This document shows, piece after piece, positions 8,621-19,478 of a stretch of DNA of 64,000 nucleotides (position 1 is the first letter of the stretch; the number at the start of each line of letters is the position of its first letter). The stretch is from Perkinsela sp. CCAP 1560/9 (lineage: Eukaryota; Protista; Euglenozoa: Kinetoplastea), in NCBI GenBank assembly GCA_965644495.1, contig CBFFSA010000005.1, forward strand, positions 310,001-374,000, read 5' to 3'. The notes beneath the pieces are model-generated. The model was not told where the DNA came from and searched no databases. It worked only from the letters and a program-made list of their open reading frames with translations. The translations under genes were made by a program, and so were the position numbers.

Positions 8621-10897
8621 ATGTGTAGAAGAACCAATTGTTCCGCTTTCGGGGAAAGCAAAGCTACAGAAAGTCAGTCACTTTCTAACATAAGTTACGC
8701 GGTCGTTCATCTCCTAGTTCATCCATTCGTATATCGAGCTTTTCTAATTCGGGATAGAGCAAAAAGTAACAAAAGAGATGTGTTGTTTTCAACTAAGGCT
8801 TTACGAGCCGTGCAATTGTTTTTGGGCCAGCCCAGCGCAGCCATTGGTGAACAACTAAGAGTTGGACCGTTCGGAAAGCTTCTTATGCAAAATTTGGTCC
8901 TAAGAACTGGGGAAACTTTTGAATTAAAAGTTAATCTTGAAATGCTGACTCTTCGAGCTACTCAAATTTTTGGAATTGGTTCTGATATTTCCCAGACAAA
9001 AGATTCCAAAGTGGATCGTAATTATTCTATTCAAAACGGAATTATGCTAAATGTGCTGAATTCTCGCATAGGTGTTGTTCTGAAGGTAAAATCTGAGGAA
9101 AAGAAGGCAAAATATGAAAATAATTATACCGAAATGATGCTGTCACCATTTCTCTCTGTCATGTCAAAGAAGAGCTCAATGGTCTTACACTCATTTGAGG
9201 ATAACACCGAAAATTCTTACGAAGCTTATGATTTTATAGAGGACAGAAATGGTTGGCGGCTACTTAAGAAGCTTTTATCAATTTATTCCTTGCAATCTTG
9301 CGTACGTGGAATCGTTCTACTCGGTCCTCCTAATGTGGGCAAAACTCTTTGTGCAAGACATATAGCCGCGGTTCTATCAGCAATGAATGAGAGCGACGTT
9401 CAGCAATTAAAGTGGAACAATGGACAACTGGAACTCTCGAAAAATACTTTTCTGTCCGCCAATAATGCAGTATACACGTTACACTGTTCAATGCCACTTC
9501 TTCTTAGTGATGAACTTGAGAAAACTCACTGTCGCATTGTTAAGCTTTTTTCAACTGCTCAACGGATGCGTCCCAGTCTCTTTGTTTTTGATGACACTGA
9601 ATACTTAACGACACTGAACGTTGGCTCATCAAAAGATGACATTACGTACCCACCTTCTGCGAGGTTGTTTATGGCTATGCTCAGTAGTTTTTTGGGTGCA
9701 GAGGAACAAAGTGTGGTGCATCGAAGTGCTCCGATATCTGTTTTATGGATAGCACGAGATCATCACCATGTTCCTCGTTCACTGTGCAGTCCGTACATGT
9801 TGTCTTTCTGTATACAATTGGAATCAGGGTCGCTTGCATCCAATTATCGCTTTTTGCAGCATCTTGGATTTCTTCATGAAGCATCATGGATAGTGGACGA
9901 AACTACATTGATAAAAAGCTGTGAGAACACTAAAAGTTCTCTTGTTACCTCGTATACGAATGCATGGAATCGAAGTGAGTTGGCACGTCTTCTCAGTTAC
10001 GATACTGCAACGGACGCAATTCGCTACGCAAGGAATTACGTACCTGCCAATTTGCGACAAATTGCTCACGCGTGTGTATTAAATAAAGACAATCACATGT
10101 CTATAAAATCTCAAGTATACGTAGATTATAGCGGGGCGTGGAGCAGAATTCAGGAGATCATCTTGTTTCCCCTGAGTCGCACATCAATCCGCAGCGACAC
10201 AAAGGTAGAAGTACCGAAAGGTGTTTTACTCTACGGTCCATCGGGTGTTGGTAAAACAGCTCTTCTGTCCTCAGTTGCGGCCACGCTAACTCATCACTTG
10301 GAGCACGGAAAGGATGAAGCGTCTTTCGCCCAAAGTCATTTTTTTGCAGTAAATACCATTGTGGTTGATGCTACGAGTCTTATTTCTAAATACGTTGGAG
10401 AGTCTGAGAAAAATTTGCAAAATTTATTTCGCGCTGCAACGGCCCTTAGTCCCTGTGTTCTTCTCATAGATCACTTTGAGCGCATAGCATCCAGGCGAGG
10501 CACGGGGGGTTCAGAAACAACTGATCGAATGCTTACTACGTTCTTGCTTTCCATGAACGAAGCAGCTTGCAGCTCTCTCGTTGTAATAGCCGCTACCGAT
10601 CGTAAAGAAGGCTTGGATCCAGCTGCCCTTCGTGCCGGAAGATTTGATGTTCACATCGAAATATCTTTTCCGAACCCTAGAGAGAAGTTGAGTATTGCAG
10701 AAGGATTATTGAGATATATTCCGTGCGAAATGCTTCAAACCGATCTGCGCGACTTTTTGATCGCCGCAATGGCGAAAACCAATCTGAAGACTCCTTCTGA
10801 TATTTCCCACGCGATTCATGACGCATGCTGGAGAGCAATTGAACGAGGATCACACGAGCTGATGCACCTAGATTTAGAAATAGCTTTTGCTAGGTAG
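8621..10897 (+). CDS. Two-domain AAA+ ATPase, PEX1-like (divergent)
   Basis: D1 GPPNVGKT and PSLFVFDDTE (PEX1-type DD Walker B); D2 GPSGVGKT, SKYVGESE, DHFERIASRRG..TDR, LDPAALRAGRFD. Confidence 0.6.
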   Translation: MCRRTNCSAFGESKATESQSLSNISYAVVHLLVHPFVYRAFLIRDRAKSNKRDVLFSTKALRAVQLFLGQPSAAIGEQLRVGPFGKLLMQNLVLRTGETFELKVNLEMLTLRATQIFGIGSDISQTKDSKVDRNYSIQNGIMLNVLNSRIGVVLKVKSEEKKAKYENNYTEMMLSPFLSVMSKKSSMVLHSFEDNTENSYEAYDFIEDRNGWRLLKKLLSIYSLQSCVRGIVLLGPPNVGKTLCARHIAAVLSAMNESDVQQLKWNNGQLELSKNTFLSANNAVYTLHCSMPLLLSDELEKTHCRIVKLFSTAQRMRPSLFVFDDTEYLTTLNVGSSKDDITYPPSARLFMAMLSSFLGAEEQSVVHRSAPISVLWIARDHHHVPRSLCSPYMLSFCIQLESGSLASNYRFLQHLGFLHEASWIVDETTLIKSCENTKSSLVTSYTNAWNRSELARLLSYDTATDAIRYARNYVPANLRQIAHACVLNKDNHMSIKSQVYVDYSGAWSRIQEIILFPLSRTSIRSDTKVEVPKGVLLYGPSGVGKTALLSSVAATLTHHLEHGKDEASFAQSHFFAVNTIVVDATSLISKYVGESEKNLQNLFRAATALSPCVLLIDHFERIASRRGTGGSETTDRMLTTFLLSMNEAACSSLVVIAATDRKEGLDPAALRAGRFDVHIEISFPNPREKLSIAEGLLRYIPCEMLQTDLRDFLIAAMAKTNLKTPSDISHAIHDACWRAIERGSHELMHLDLEIAFAR

Positions 10898-11225
10898 TTG
10901 GCATACATCATAACAAAGGCTCAGTACTTCCTTAAGCAATTTGCTTTGAAACTACTGTAGATTCTACATTCTTAAGTAATAAACCCTTTTTCACGAAAAG
11001 TGACCCTCCATATTTTTTTCGCTGAAGCGTCCGTTTGAGAAATTCTTTGTTGCTGATTTTCCATATTTTTGCACAAAGACTTCGCGCATTAAAGAACGGA
11101 GCAAAAAGTCTCAAACACGTATAAATGTACAGCACGTATAAATGTAAGTGAGAGCAGGATTTCCACTTTTTCACCCCCCTTAAATCTATTTTCTCGCGCT
11201 CTTGAAGAAGAATCAATTTAAAATC

Positions 11226-11480
11226 AAGCCGGGGGTCAGCTCCATATTAAGGTTAGTTTAATATTAAGATTTACTTTTATATCAAGAATGGCATTTTAGT
11301 ATTCGAATATGATCTCTGGATGGAATGGCCTGGCCTGGGGGCATATCATCCGCCCACATGAAACGCCACATATAAGAGGTGGGAATCACAAAAGTGCCCT
11401 AGATGAGAGTGGTTTCAGGGTTTCATAAAGTTTATTTTACACTCTTTAACTTTGATAACTTTAATAATGGAACCCGGCTT
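11226..11480. mobile_element. Possible small MITE with imperfect TIRs
   Basis: AAGCCGGG...TCCATATTAAGGTT at left mirrored by AACTTTAATAATGGAACCCGGCTT at right; no clear TSD. Confidence 0.3.
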
Positions 11481-11851
11481 CCTTCGTAAGGCCTATTCGA
11501 CGCCCGTGAAATACCGTATGCCGGATAGATTACCGTATTATGGAAACTACCCCTATAACTTATCCCAATAACCTTTAATAATAAGAGGGATGCACCTGGC
11601 ATGAAACAAATTCTTCACGAATCTTTTACTACGCCGAGAAAATGGGGTATTACTGTTCCCTTTTCTAAGGGGCATTGATCAGGGAAAAGAAACACCCTCA
11701 AATTCAGAAAATCACAACTAGAGAACCCATTAGACAAACGCAGAGTTGCGTGTCTTTGTACTGGTGGCCTTTAATACAGCAAAGTTGTTTTTGGTACATA
11801 AGCGCGTAAATTATAGAATATTTTTAAATTTCTATTTAAGATTTTGTACTT

Positions 11852-12562
11852 ATGACGAAGGGCCGCGGAAAAGATCCAGGTGCTGGAGGCCTTAAAAAAC
11901 ACTTGAACTTAAAGGCTCACAAGGAACGGCAACAGCCCAGTGCTCGCCGCCACCTAGGCACTCTTGAAAAACATCGAGATTACGCTCAGCGCGCAAAGGT
12001 TTATCATTCACGCGAATCAAAGCTAGGCGAATTACGTCAGAAAGCGGCGCAAAGAAATCCTGAAGAATTTGACTTTGGAATGATTCGAGGTCGAGCGGAT
12101 CCGATTAGTGGGAAGCACATTACAGACGCAAAAATCCGTCGAGATGGAATTCAGCAACGGACACTAAACAACAAAGACATTCGATATCTCGAAAATCGTA
12201 GAAGTGTGCTTACAGGAGAAATTCGCGAATTAGAGTCACAGCTACCAGAAAGTTCTTTCGACAAACGACCGGGAGCTCGTACCATATTCCATTACGGTGA
12301 TGAGGAAAGCGAGAGCGCTGAGGTCCCGCTAACATCAAAAAAGAGTTGTAAAGCCGTCGAGCACATTCTACCTAGAATTACAAATGGCGAGAGAAATGCT
12401 TATGAGCGTTTAAACCAATGTCTAGAATTGAAGGGGCGAATTGGCCACGCGCCCCAAAGTATGGAAGTCGAGCAAAATTTATTGTCCAAAGGCCGTCGCC
12501 GTATGGTGCAACTTGAAGGTGGACAGCGAATATTTAAATGGACGCTACAGCGGAGTAGATAA
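11852..12562 (+). CDS. UTP11: U3 snoRNP-associated protein 11
   Basis: HKERQQPSARRHLGTLEKHRDY..RA, KAAQRNPEEFDFGM, C-terminal FKWTLQRSR. Confidence 0.93.
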   Translation: MTKGRGKDPGAGGLKKHLNLKAHKERQQPSARRHLGTLEKHRDYAQRAKVYHSRESKLGELRQKAAQRNPEEFDFGMIRGRADPISGKHITDAKIRRDGIQQRTLNNKDIRYLENRRSVLTGEIRELESQLPESSFDKRPGARTIFHYGDEESESAEVPLTSKKSCKAVEHILPRITNGERNAYERLNQCLELKGRIGHAPQSMEVEQNLLSKGRRRMVQLEGGQRIFKWTLQRSR

Positions 12563-12921
12563 TGAGCAGAATTTCTTGCTTCATTATGTCGAATTGAAAG
12601 ACACTATTTAAGAATAATGCAAGGGCGGTGCAGCTAAATCTGGGGGAGGTCTAAAATTTGTAAATGTTGTTCAATTTTAGAAAATAATAGCGCATTCGAG
12701 AGCTCTCGCGAATCCCTCTGGTGGAAAGTGCGTCGTTTTCCACACCTTGCATAACGGGGATAAAAGGCCGAAAAAGTCAACTGCAAGCTTTTTTGCAAAG
12801 CCTACCTCAGAATAAGACCCTATGTTGGCGTACCTTTCCAGACGAAGCGCTCTACCACTGGTTTTGATCTGCTTAATGAATGGTAATGAGCCTTTAAAGC
12901 AGGGGTCCCTAAAACTTTGTA

Positions 12922-13842
12922 AACCCCCCACAGCGAAAAGTCACCCCCCTCTAACTTTTCAGCCAAGTGTCCGTTTGAGCTCATTCTTGTTGCATTTTGA
13001 TGTTCCCAACATACTTTGCGCATTATAGCATGGAACCAAGGCTCTCAAATGCGTGCATCCGATAGATGGATTATCACTTTCTTCACATTTTTCAAGAGAC
13101 CAATTTCTCACACTTTAACAAAATAAATCTTCTCTTCCCATGAGAAATTCAATTATTTTTGTCCATTTTTGCTGATTTTTGTTGCGAACGAGAGATCTCG
13201 TTCTCCTAGCAAAGATCTTTGCCGCTATTTTTTAATATTGACCCACTTGTGCCCCCTGGCCGCGGAGTGTTTGTTTTCTTAAATTAGTGTGGTATGACGA
13301 TGCAAAAAAATAGATCCTAAAAGCAATTTTCTTTTTCATTTTCTAAAATGATCTAAAAATGGTGGGAACGTGTAGATCTCAGAATTTTGAACGAGAAAAT
13401 GATATTTTAACCCCCTTAGGCCCCTTCAAGCAAAAAGTAAAGGAGACAGCTTAAAAACGTTGATTTATCACCGTTTCAAGAAAGCACCAATCAAATACAA
13501 ATATTCCACCACGTGACAAATTGAATGTTTGTTATCTGTTTTTGATCATTTTTGTTGCAATCGAGAGATCTCGATCCCCTAGCGAAGATCTGTGACACCA
13601 TTTTCATGTTGACCCCCTTCTCCCCCCCTGGTCGAGGAACATGAGATTTTTCGGGTAATATTGGCATGACTATGTAAAAACGTCATTAAAAAAATGAGTT
13701 TAAATTTCTTATCTGTGAAGAGGTCTAAAAACAGCGGGAACGTGCAGATCTCAAAATTTTGAACGAAAAAGTTGTGCCGCAACCCCCCTAAGCCTCGTTG
13801 TACAAAAAAAAGAGGGGGGTGACTTATTCGCTGTGGGCGGTT
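12922..13842. mobile_element. Non-autonomous Tc1-family element inserted in the hAT left arm
   Basis: TIRs AACCCCCCACAGCGAAAAGTCACCCCCCTCT / AGAGGGGGGTGACTTATTCGCTGTGGGCGGTT, TA on both sides; ends resemble those of the Tc1 at 48612-51843; internal ~370-bp-spaced duplication. Confidence 0.8.
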
Positions 13843-14234
13843 TATATATAGTTTATAGTATTTCAAAAAAAAATTATAGTACTATAAATGACATTTATAG
13901 TACTATAAATACTTTAAAGTGTTTGAAAAACTTTATTTATTTTCCTACTCTTCTCCCCCCGTGTATAAATGCGGTGATTATGACAAGTACACATTAAGCA
14001 CTTGCGCTTCTGTCTAGCATGCGTTTGACAATACGTTATAAAAAAAATAGCGCGCAATAAAAAGTGGAAAGAAATCAAAACATGTAAATATACATACAAT
14101 GCATATTTAACAATGGGAAAAAACAAGGCGAATGGGAAGAACCGGCGGAAAAAACCCACGTATGTATCGTTTAAAAAAGCCCATGATGAATCGTATCTTC
14201 CAATCCAATAACATCTTTCGAATTCAACATAAGA

Positions 14235-16115
14235 TCATTCCTGATACGAAACAACGGTGAAATTGCCATAAATGGATGCGACTACCAGAGAAACCTGCCG
14301 CGAATTGGAAGATCGACTTTCTGTGCATTTTATTTCCTTTAATTGATTGTTGCCGTAGCGAACAACTCTGGCATTGTAATATGTCGTGCCGTTATGACGT
14401 ACACAAAATGGGCGATTTGTCAAGGCCATGTGGGCGCACATGTCTCCTGCGTCGTAGAGTGATTCGATCTGTTCAACTTCGCTTGAGGACATACAATCGT
14501 TTAATAAAAGAGAAAAGAACGGGCAGCCAGTATTATCCCCAGTTTCACCGGTTTCGACTTTCGATATACCGATCGTAGGTTTAACCCGACATCGTATGGC
14601 TGATTCTGCTTCAACCAAGTCTTGCTTCAGGCGAGCCCGCAGATCACTATGGATAAAAGACGTCGAACTGAAAACTCGTTCACACGCAGCTTCAGAGGCG
14701 GATGCTACAGCAACCTTTTGAGCAGCATGTGCCAGGTGAGGCACTTTGTCCACAACAACAGAGTCCCCCCAAAATCCGGCGAAAGCACTTTTTCCTTGAG
14801 CACTGCGAACCATAGCACGTTCATCCAATAAACAACTATCCAAGAACCAACTATTAAATTCGGACCAAATACTACTGTGCGTCACACTTGGCATATCGGA
14901 ACTGAGCGAGAGAACGAGTGGCACACAAGTCTCACGAAGACGTTTTTTAATCGAAGTAGATATTGTCCCCCACTTCACTGCAGGCGACAGAACTCCGCAA
15001 AGGAAATGCGCGGACGACATCACGCGAATAAGACGATCATTCAAGTGAACTTTGTGACCTTCTTCTGCTTTGGCTGTGAGAGCTAACCATAGTCGGAGCG
15101 CAGCGCTAATAGTACAGTCGTTTCTTTCTAACAGCCGACCCACGACCTGGTACATTTCAAACCGTTTGACCCACTCCTGCAAGATACTTTTTTGGGTGTA
15201 ATCATTCCAGTTGGAACATTTTATTGCTTGCTGCACTTCATTTAGCGAGGACCACCACCTAGTGGGTACTGGAGCTCGAAACGTAAGACAACGAGAAGCT
15301 AATTCGAGGATATCATCTTTTTTTTCTAGAGTCAAGACTTGCTCCATTACCAATTGCAATGCGTGAGCCGCGCATATGCTCCCAATCATGTTGCCTGCTT
15401 TCGTAAACTCCCGCACGGCTTTTTTGATCGCAGAACCAGCGTCGGATACGATGTGCACCACAGTAACATGCATTTGCTTCAGCTCGGACACTACGGTACC
15501 AAGGAGCGCGTTATATGCACTTGCAGTACAGCCATCAACCATTTCTACTACGTTCCATGTAAAAGCCTGCCCATCGTGCAAAATGCATATGGCAGACGTA
15601 GTTCTTCCATGAATCGTACCCGAGTCCATAGCCATGCTAACAAAACTGCCACACACGTGAGCACAGATTTCCAACCGCAACTTATCCTTCAGATCAATGA
15701 GTAAGTTGTTAATCGTACTTTCCCCAGGGACGCAGCGCAGTCCCTTTGTAAGAAGCCACTTAAGGTTTGGGTCTTGCAAAGCAGCATTGCTAACCCCATG
15801 ATCGCTTTTCCAAAGGAGGAGTCGCTCAAATTCCTGTAATTGTGGTCTCAGGGTGAAGGCATCCAAAGATCCTTGTTCCACACGTTTTTGGCGCTGAGTG
15901 CTTTGTAACCACTCCTCAAAATTTAGGTTATGACTTTTTTTCAAGTGCGTGAGTGCCGAAGAGTAGGAGACATGAATCCCCTTTTCGCAAAAAAAGGTTC
16001 TTTTCGCGCCTACTTCGCAGACTTGGCATTCGAAATTGTTCGTATCACCAATTTTAACAAAGTGTGAAGCAACAAATTCCGCCTGGCTTTCGTCGTTCCG
16101 TCGCTTATTTGGCAT
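14235..16115 (-). CDS. hAT transposase, uninterrupted ORF
   Basis: BED finger (CQVC...HLKKSH), SMAMDSGT, IVSDAGS, CAAHALQL, PTRWWS, dimerisation motif ASEAACERVFS; ATG at 16115. Confidence 0.92.
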   Translation of the reverse strand: MPNKRRNDESQAEFVASHFVKIGDTNNFECQVCEVGAKRTFFCEKGIHVSYSSALTHLKKSHNLNFEEWLQSTQRQKRVEQGSLDAFTLRPQLQEFERLLLWKSDHGVSNAALQDPNLKWLLTKGLRCVPGESTINNLLIDLKDKLRLEICAHVCGSFVSMAMDSGTIHGRTTSAICILHDGQAFTWNVVEMVDGCTASAYNALLGTVVSELKQMHVTVVHIVSDAGSAIKKAVREFTKAGNMIGSICAAHALQLVMEQVLTLEKKDDILELASRCLTFRAPVPTRWWSSLNEVQQAIKCSNWNDYTQKSILQEWVKRFEMYQVVGRLLERNDCTISAALRLWLALTAKAEEGHKVHLNDRLIRVMSSAHFLCGVLSPAVKWGTISTSIKKRLRETCVPLVLSLSSDMPSVTHSSIWSEFNSWFLDSCLLDERAMVRSAQGKSAFAGFWGDSVVVDKVPHLAHAAQKVAVASASEAACERVFSSTSFIHSDLRARLKQDLVEAESAIRCRVKPTIGISKVETGETGDNTGCPFFSLLLNDCMSSSEVEQIESLYDAGDMCAHMALTNRPFCVRHNGTTYYNARVVRYGNNQLKEIKCTESRSSNSRQVSLVVASIYGNFTVVSYQE

Positions 16116-17146
16116 TTCTGAGAACAAAAAAAATAAGGTTTTATATACAGGTTTTGTACATAAGGTTTTGTATATAGTATTTAAAAGTTTATAGTACTAT
16201 AAAAGTACTATAATTAAGTTTTTAAAGTTTTAGGGACCCCTGCTTTTAAGAAACTTCCTGGTGAATGCACTCATCTTTCATTCACGGATAATGAAAAAAC
16301 GTAAAATAACATGCCAAAATTACAAAAATAATGCAACAAAGGCCTTTTTCAAGCTCTTTTTTCGTATTTTCGCCTTAAAAAAAAATAAAACTCAAAACGG
16401 CTGGAAACGACGTATTTTCCACCACAGGGGTTCGAGGGAGCTCCCGAATGCGCTATTATTTTCTAAAATTGGCTAAGTTCTACGAATTTTAGACCCCCCC
16501 AGATTTAGCTGCATCCCCTGTATACAGTGGTTTCAAGATATCTTTCCCCTCGCGGAATTTTGAGTTTTTTTATCGATTTTTTTCTCATTTTTGCAGCAGT
16601 GGATAGATCTCATTTCCCTGGTGAAGAGCTTTGCTGTCCTTTTTTTGTAGGAACCCCCTGGGTCTAAAACACGTGGTTTTGTGGGGTCATTTTTATGGAA
16701 CATATCCATTCTTTTCTCCATTCTTTATGTTTTTTTATGCTTTGTCAAAATATTTTCTCTCGCATTATGGCTTGTTTTCATTGTGCTTTCATTGTGTGTA
16801 GATCTCGTTCCTCTAGCAAGGCCTTTGCTATTTTCTCTTACTAGTGATCCCCTAGTGCTCTCGTGAGATAAAAAACTTGATTACAACCACAAATCCCTTA
16901 TGGAGATCATAAAAAAAGTTTTAAGACCTTAAAAAGATCCTCTCATAAACAAAAGGCTATGAACTCAATTACAGTGAAGTATTCAAAAAAGGGGGGCCAC
17001 CGCCAATGCGGCACTATTCTGCCGATCGCAGTGATTTCGTCCATTGGAGGCGTAGTTAATTTCGGAACCGGCCCCACGCCGCGAAGCGGCACGCTTTTTT
17101 TGTGTAAAAAGCTTTTTGTGCTCTGGTGGTTAAATAGCAACGGTTA

Positions 17147-17667
17147 CTAGCGGCTACTCTGTAATTCTTTTTCAAGAGATATCCATGTGTTCTGGAGGCT
17201 ATTGTCAGCCAATGCAAAGTTGTATTCCGGAACTTTTACCGCGTATTCATATTCAGCTGTCTCCGATTTTGTATTTACGAGGATAATATTGTAAGCACGG
17301 CAGAAGCTAAGGAGCCTTTCTCCATTGTCTGTCGTTCTTTCTCCCACTTGTTTTTCGCCCACTGTAGGTGAATAATGCAGAAAAAAAATTATCTGTGCGT
17401 TGAAGTCTCCCAGAATGTACGGATTTTCGTTTTTAGGGCCAAGTTCCATAGCACGATGTAGGTCTTCTTAGAATGCTTCATTTGATTCGCTGTCAGAAAA
17501 ATTAGTTGTAGCATTACTTTGTTCAGTTCACTATGCTCAACCAGGGTGGAGTAAGATTCTATAGGTATCTCGTCTGACCCCGATGCTTTCCCTCTTGAAA
17601 TCTGATTGTGTGCTACATAGAGTTCCTCATACGTAAAAGTTTCATCACATACAGGGATGAAAATCAC
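17147..17667 (-). pseudogene. Non-LTR retrotransposon fragments (RT-proximal linker and APE endonuclease pieces)
   Basis: FTYEEL..AHNQISRGKASGSDEIPIE and ILGDFNA...DNGERLLSFC...LVNT are typical of APE-RT LINE ORF2. Confidence 0.75.
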
Positions 17668-18452
17668 ATGGTTGTATGTTTTAGGATAGGCAGCTTCCGA
17701 GGGGGTGGGGGGTACCCCACTTAAATGGCCGGGTCAAAAATATGATTTGCGAATTCAAAACCTGTGACAATGGGTCAAAAATTACCCGTATTCCCAACAA
17801 GAGGATGTGTTTCGCTCAATAACAATGCGGCAACGTTTGCGAAACCTGTTCATCGTGTTAGTACACTCTTGTTTGCGTTCATATCGTAATCGTTCGACTG
17901 TTGTCTCAATGGCCGACACTATACTCAATAGCCAACACTGTAATCCAGCTGTCCATCATCAGTCTTCTGGCCCCGGGCATAACGGCTCGAGCACTAATGA
18001 TTTCCAACGAGTAGTAATTGATGTCAGGGAACGGGAAGTCATAAGCCATACCAGGTTCGTCGGGCCATTTCGCCTCAATCGCGCCAGCCCCATCATCCTT
18101 AAGAGAAATCTTTGAGAGTGGGACTCATCAGTTCAATAGGATCACGGGGGTTCGGGCTATCCTGGCGTCCCATCGGCCAAGTTTTTACAAAATTAGCAAA
18201 CAATAGTTTTTTTAGCACAAAGTATACAAAAAGTGTATGTTAGATGTCATGCACAAGCAACTGAGGATTGGCGCCGCGAAGCGGCGGGAATTTTTTCCCA
18301 CATGGGACTTTTTTCTCCACCGCAATCCTCGTTAACAGCGGATTATTGCCCATTTCTGCCATATTCTGCCGATCACCACAGACGCGTGCTCCCCCTCCCC
18401 TCTTATAATTACTTGTGATTTATAATTTTGTGCACCGAAAATATAATACATA

Positions 18453-18598
18453 CTGAGCCCCCCCACTTAATTGTCGTAGTCCCCCCCCCCACTTAACTGT
18501 CCTTTTTGGGGAGACTGGCAAGGGGGCGCCGCGAAGCGGCGCCGGTTTTTTTTTGGGGGGGGGGCTCAATTTTTTCCCTACGAACCTGATACATACAG
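18453..18598. mobile_element. ~140-bp MITE-like repeat, copy 1
   Basis: TA-CTG...CAG-TA ends; CCCACTTAATTGTC motifs; similar copy at 46015-46148. Confidence 0.55.
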
Positions 18599-18779
18599 TA
18601 TATCAGGGCCCGACGTCAGTTTGTATTTATACAGTAAAAGTCACAATTCTGAGAATCACTAAAAATGAGAATTGGGCTGTCAACGTGCAACTAGGAAAAA
18701 TGAGAATGCAATTTTAAAAATGAGAATGCGTCTCTGAATGACCATGTCAACGTGCAACTCCATTTGAGCACCAAAAATG

Positions 18780-18930
18780 AGAATGGCCAAAAACGTTCCA
18801 TATAACTTATGCACTTCTTCTTTATACCTAGCATTACCCCCCCTATCCTAGCGTTGCCTCGTTTGCCTTCAGTGGAAAGGGTACCGTTGCTGAGACTGGA
18901 AAAGAATTCATACGACTTGCAACGGCCCCG
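18780..18930 (-). pseudogene. LINE APE endonuclease N-terminal fragment
   Basis: YEFFSS...GGVMLGIKKK..YMERFWPFS resembles the APE GV(G/A)-K...F.P.S segment. Confidence 0.45.
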
Positions 18931-19129
18931 GTTCTTGGGTAAAGGGAGCCTTCGAATGATGTACCTGCTCATCGGCCCACATACGCTCCCGGTTTAACAT
19001 ACTCATTTAACATCCCCCCCCGGTATGTTTCAAATTATAGGTATGTTAAGTAGACTAGTGAAGAAATAGAAAAGAAAATCACTTTCACTGTTAGAACCTG
19101 TGTCTGTTTTTTTGGGTATCTAAAGATGT

Positions 19130-19476
19130 GCCGCGCGTCGTGCTAAATGCTAAAATGTATCAAAATACATCTAAAAACATAACTCAACTTCAACTGGAAG
19201 TGCGGGATAGGAAGCAGGAGGCGCAAGGAAAAAAGCAGAAGTCGGAGCCTTCTGTCTTTTTGACGCGGCGACGACGACTTCCTCGCGTGGGAAGCTGTAA
19301 GGAGTCCTAAGGAACATGTTTTTACTATGCAACCCAGGGTAAAGCGGACGATGGAGATACCAATAGTGTAGGTGCGGCAGTTTCTCACAGGAAAAACGGT
19401 ATGCGATAAGAATCAGCTCAAATGAACATTTTACTGAAAAGTTAAGGGGGGGGTGCCTTATTGGTGCGGAGGGGTT
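19130..19476. mobile_element. Truncated Tc1-family end carrying a segment also present at 52680-52890
   Basis: Ends GGGGGGGTGCCTTATTGGTGCGGAGGGGTT-TA like the other Tc1-family TIRs; shares GCGGCGACGACGACTTCCTCGCGTGGGAAGCTGTAAGG with ~52780. Confidence 0.6.
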
Positions 19477-19478
19477 TA

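Larger units (their letters stand above)
12620..16520 (-). mobile_element. hAT DNA transposon with long imperfect TIRs
   Basis: Left end GTGCAGCTAAATCTGGGGG...CGCATTCG matches the reverse complement of 16400-16520 (ends CCCCTG); inner IR AGCAGGGGTCCCTAAAACTTT (~12900) vs ~16225-16243; no 8-bp TSD found. Confidence 0.8.
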
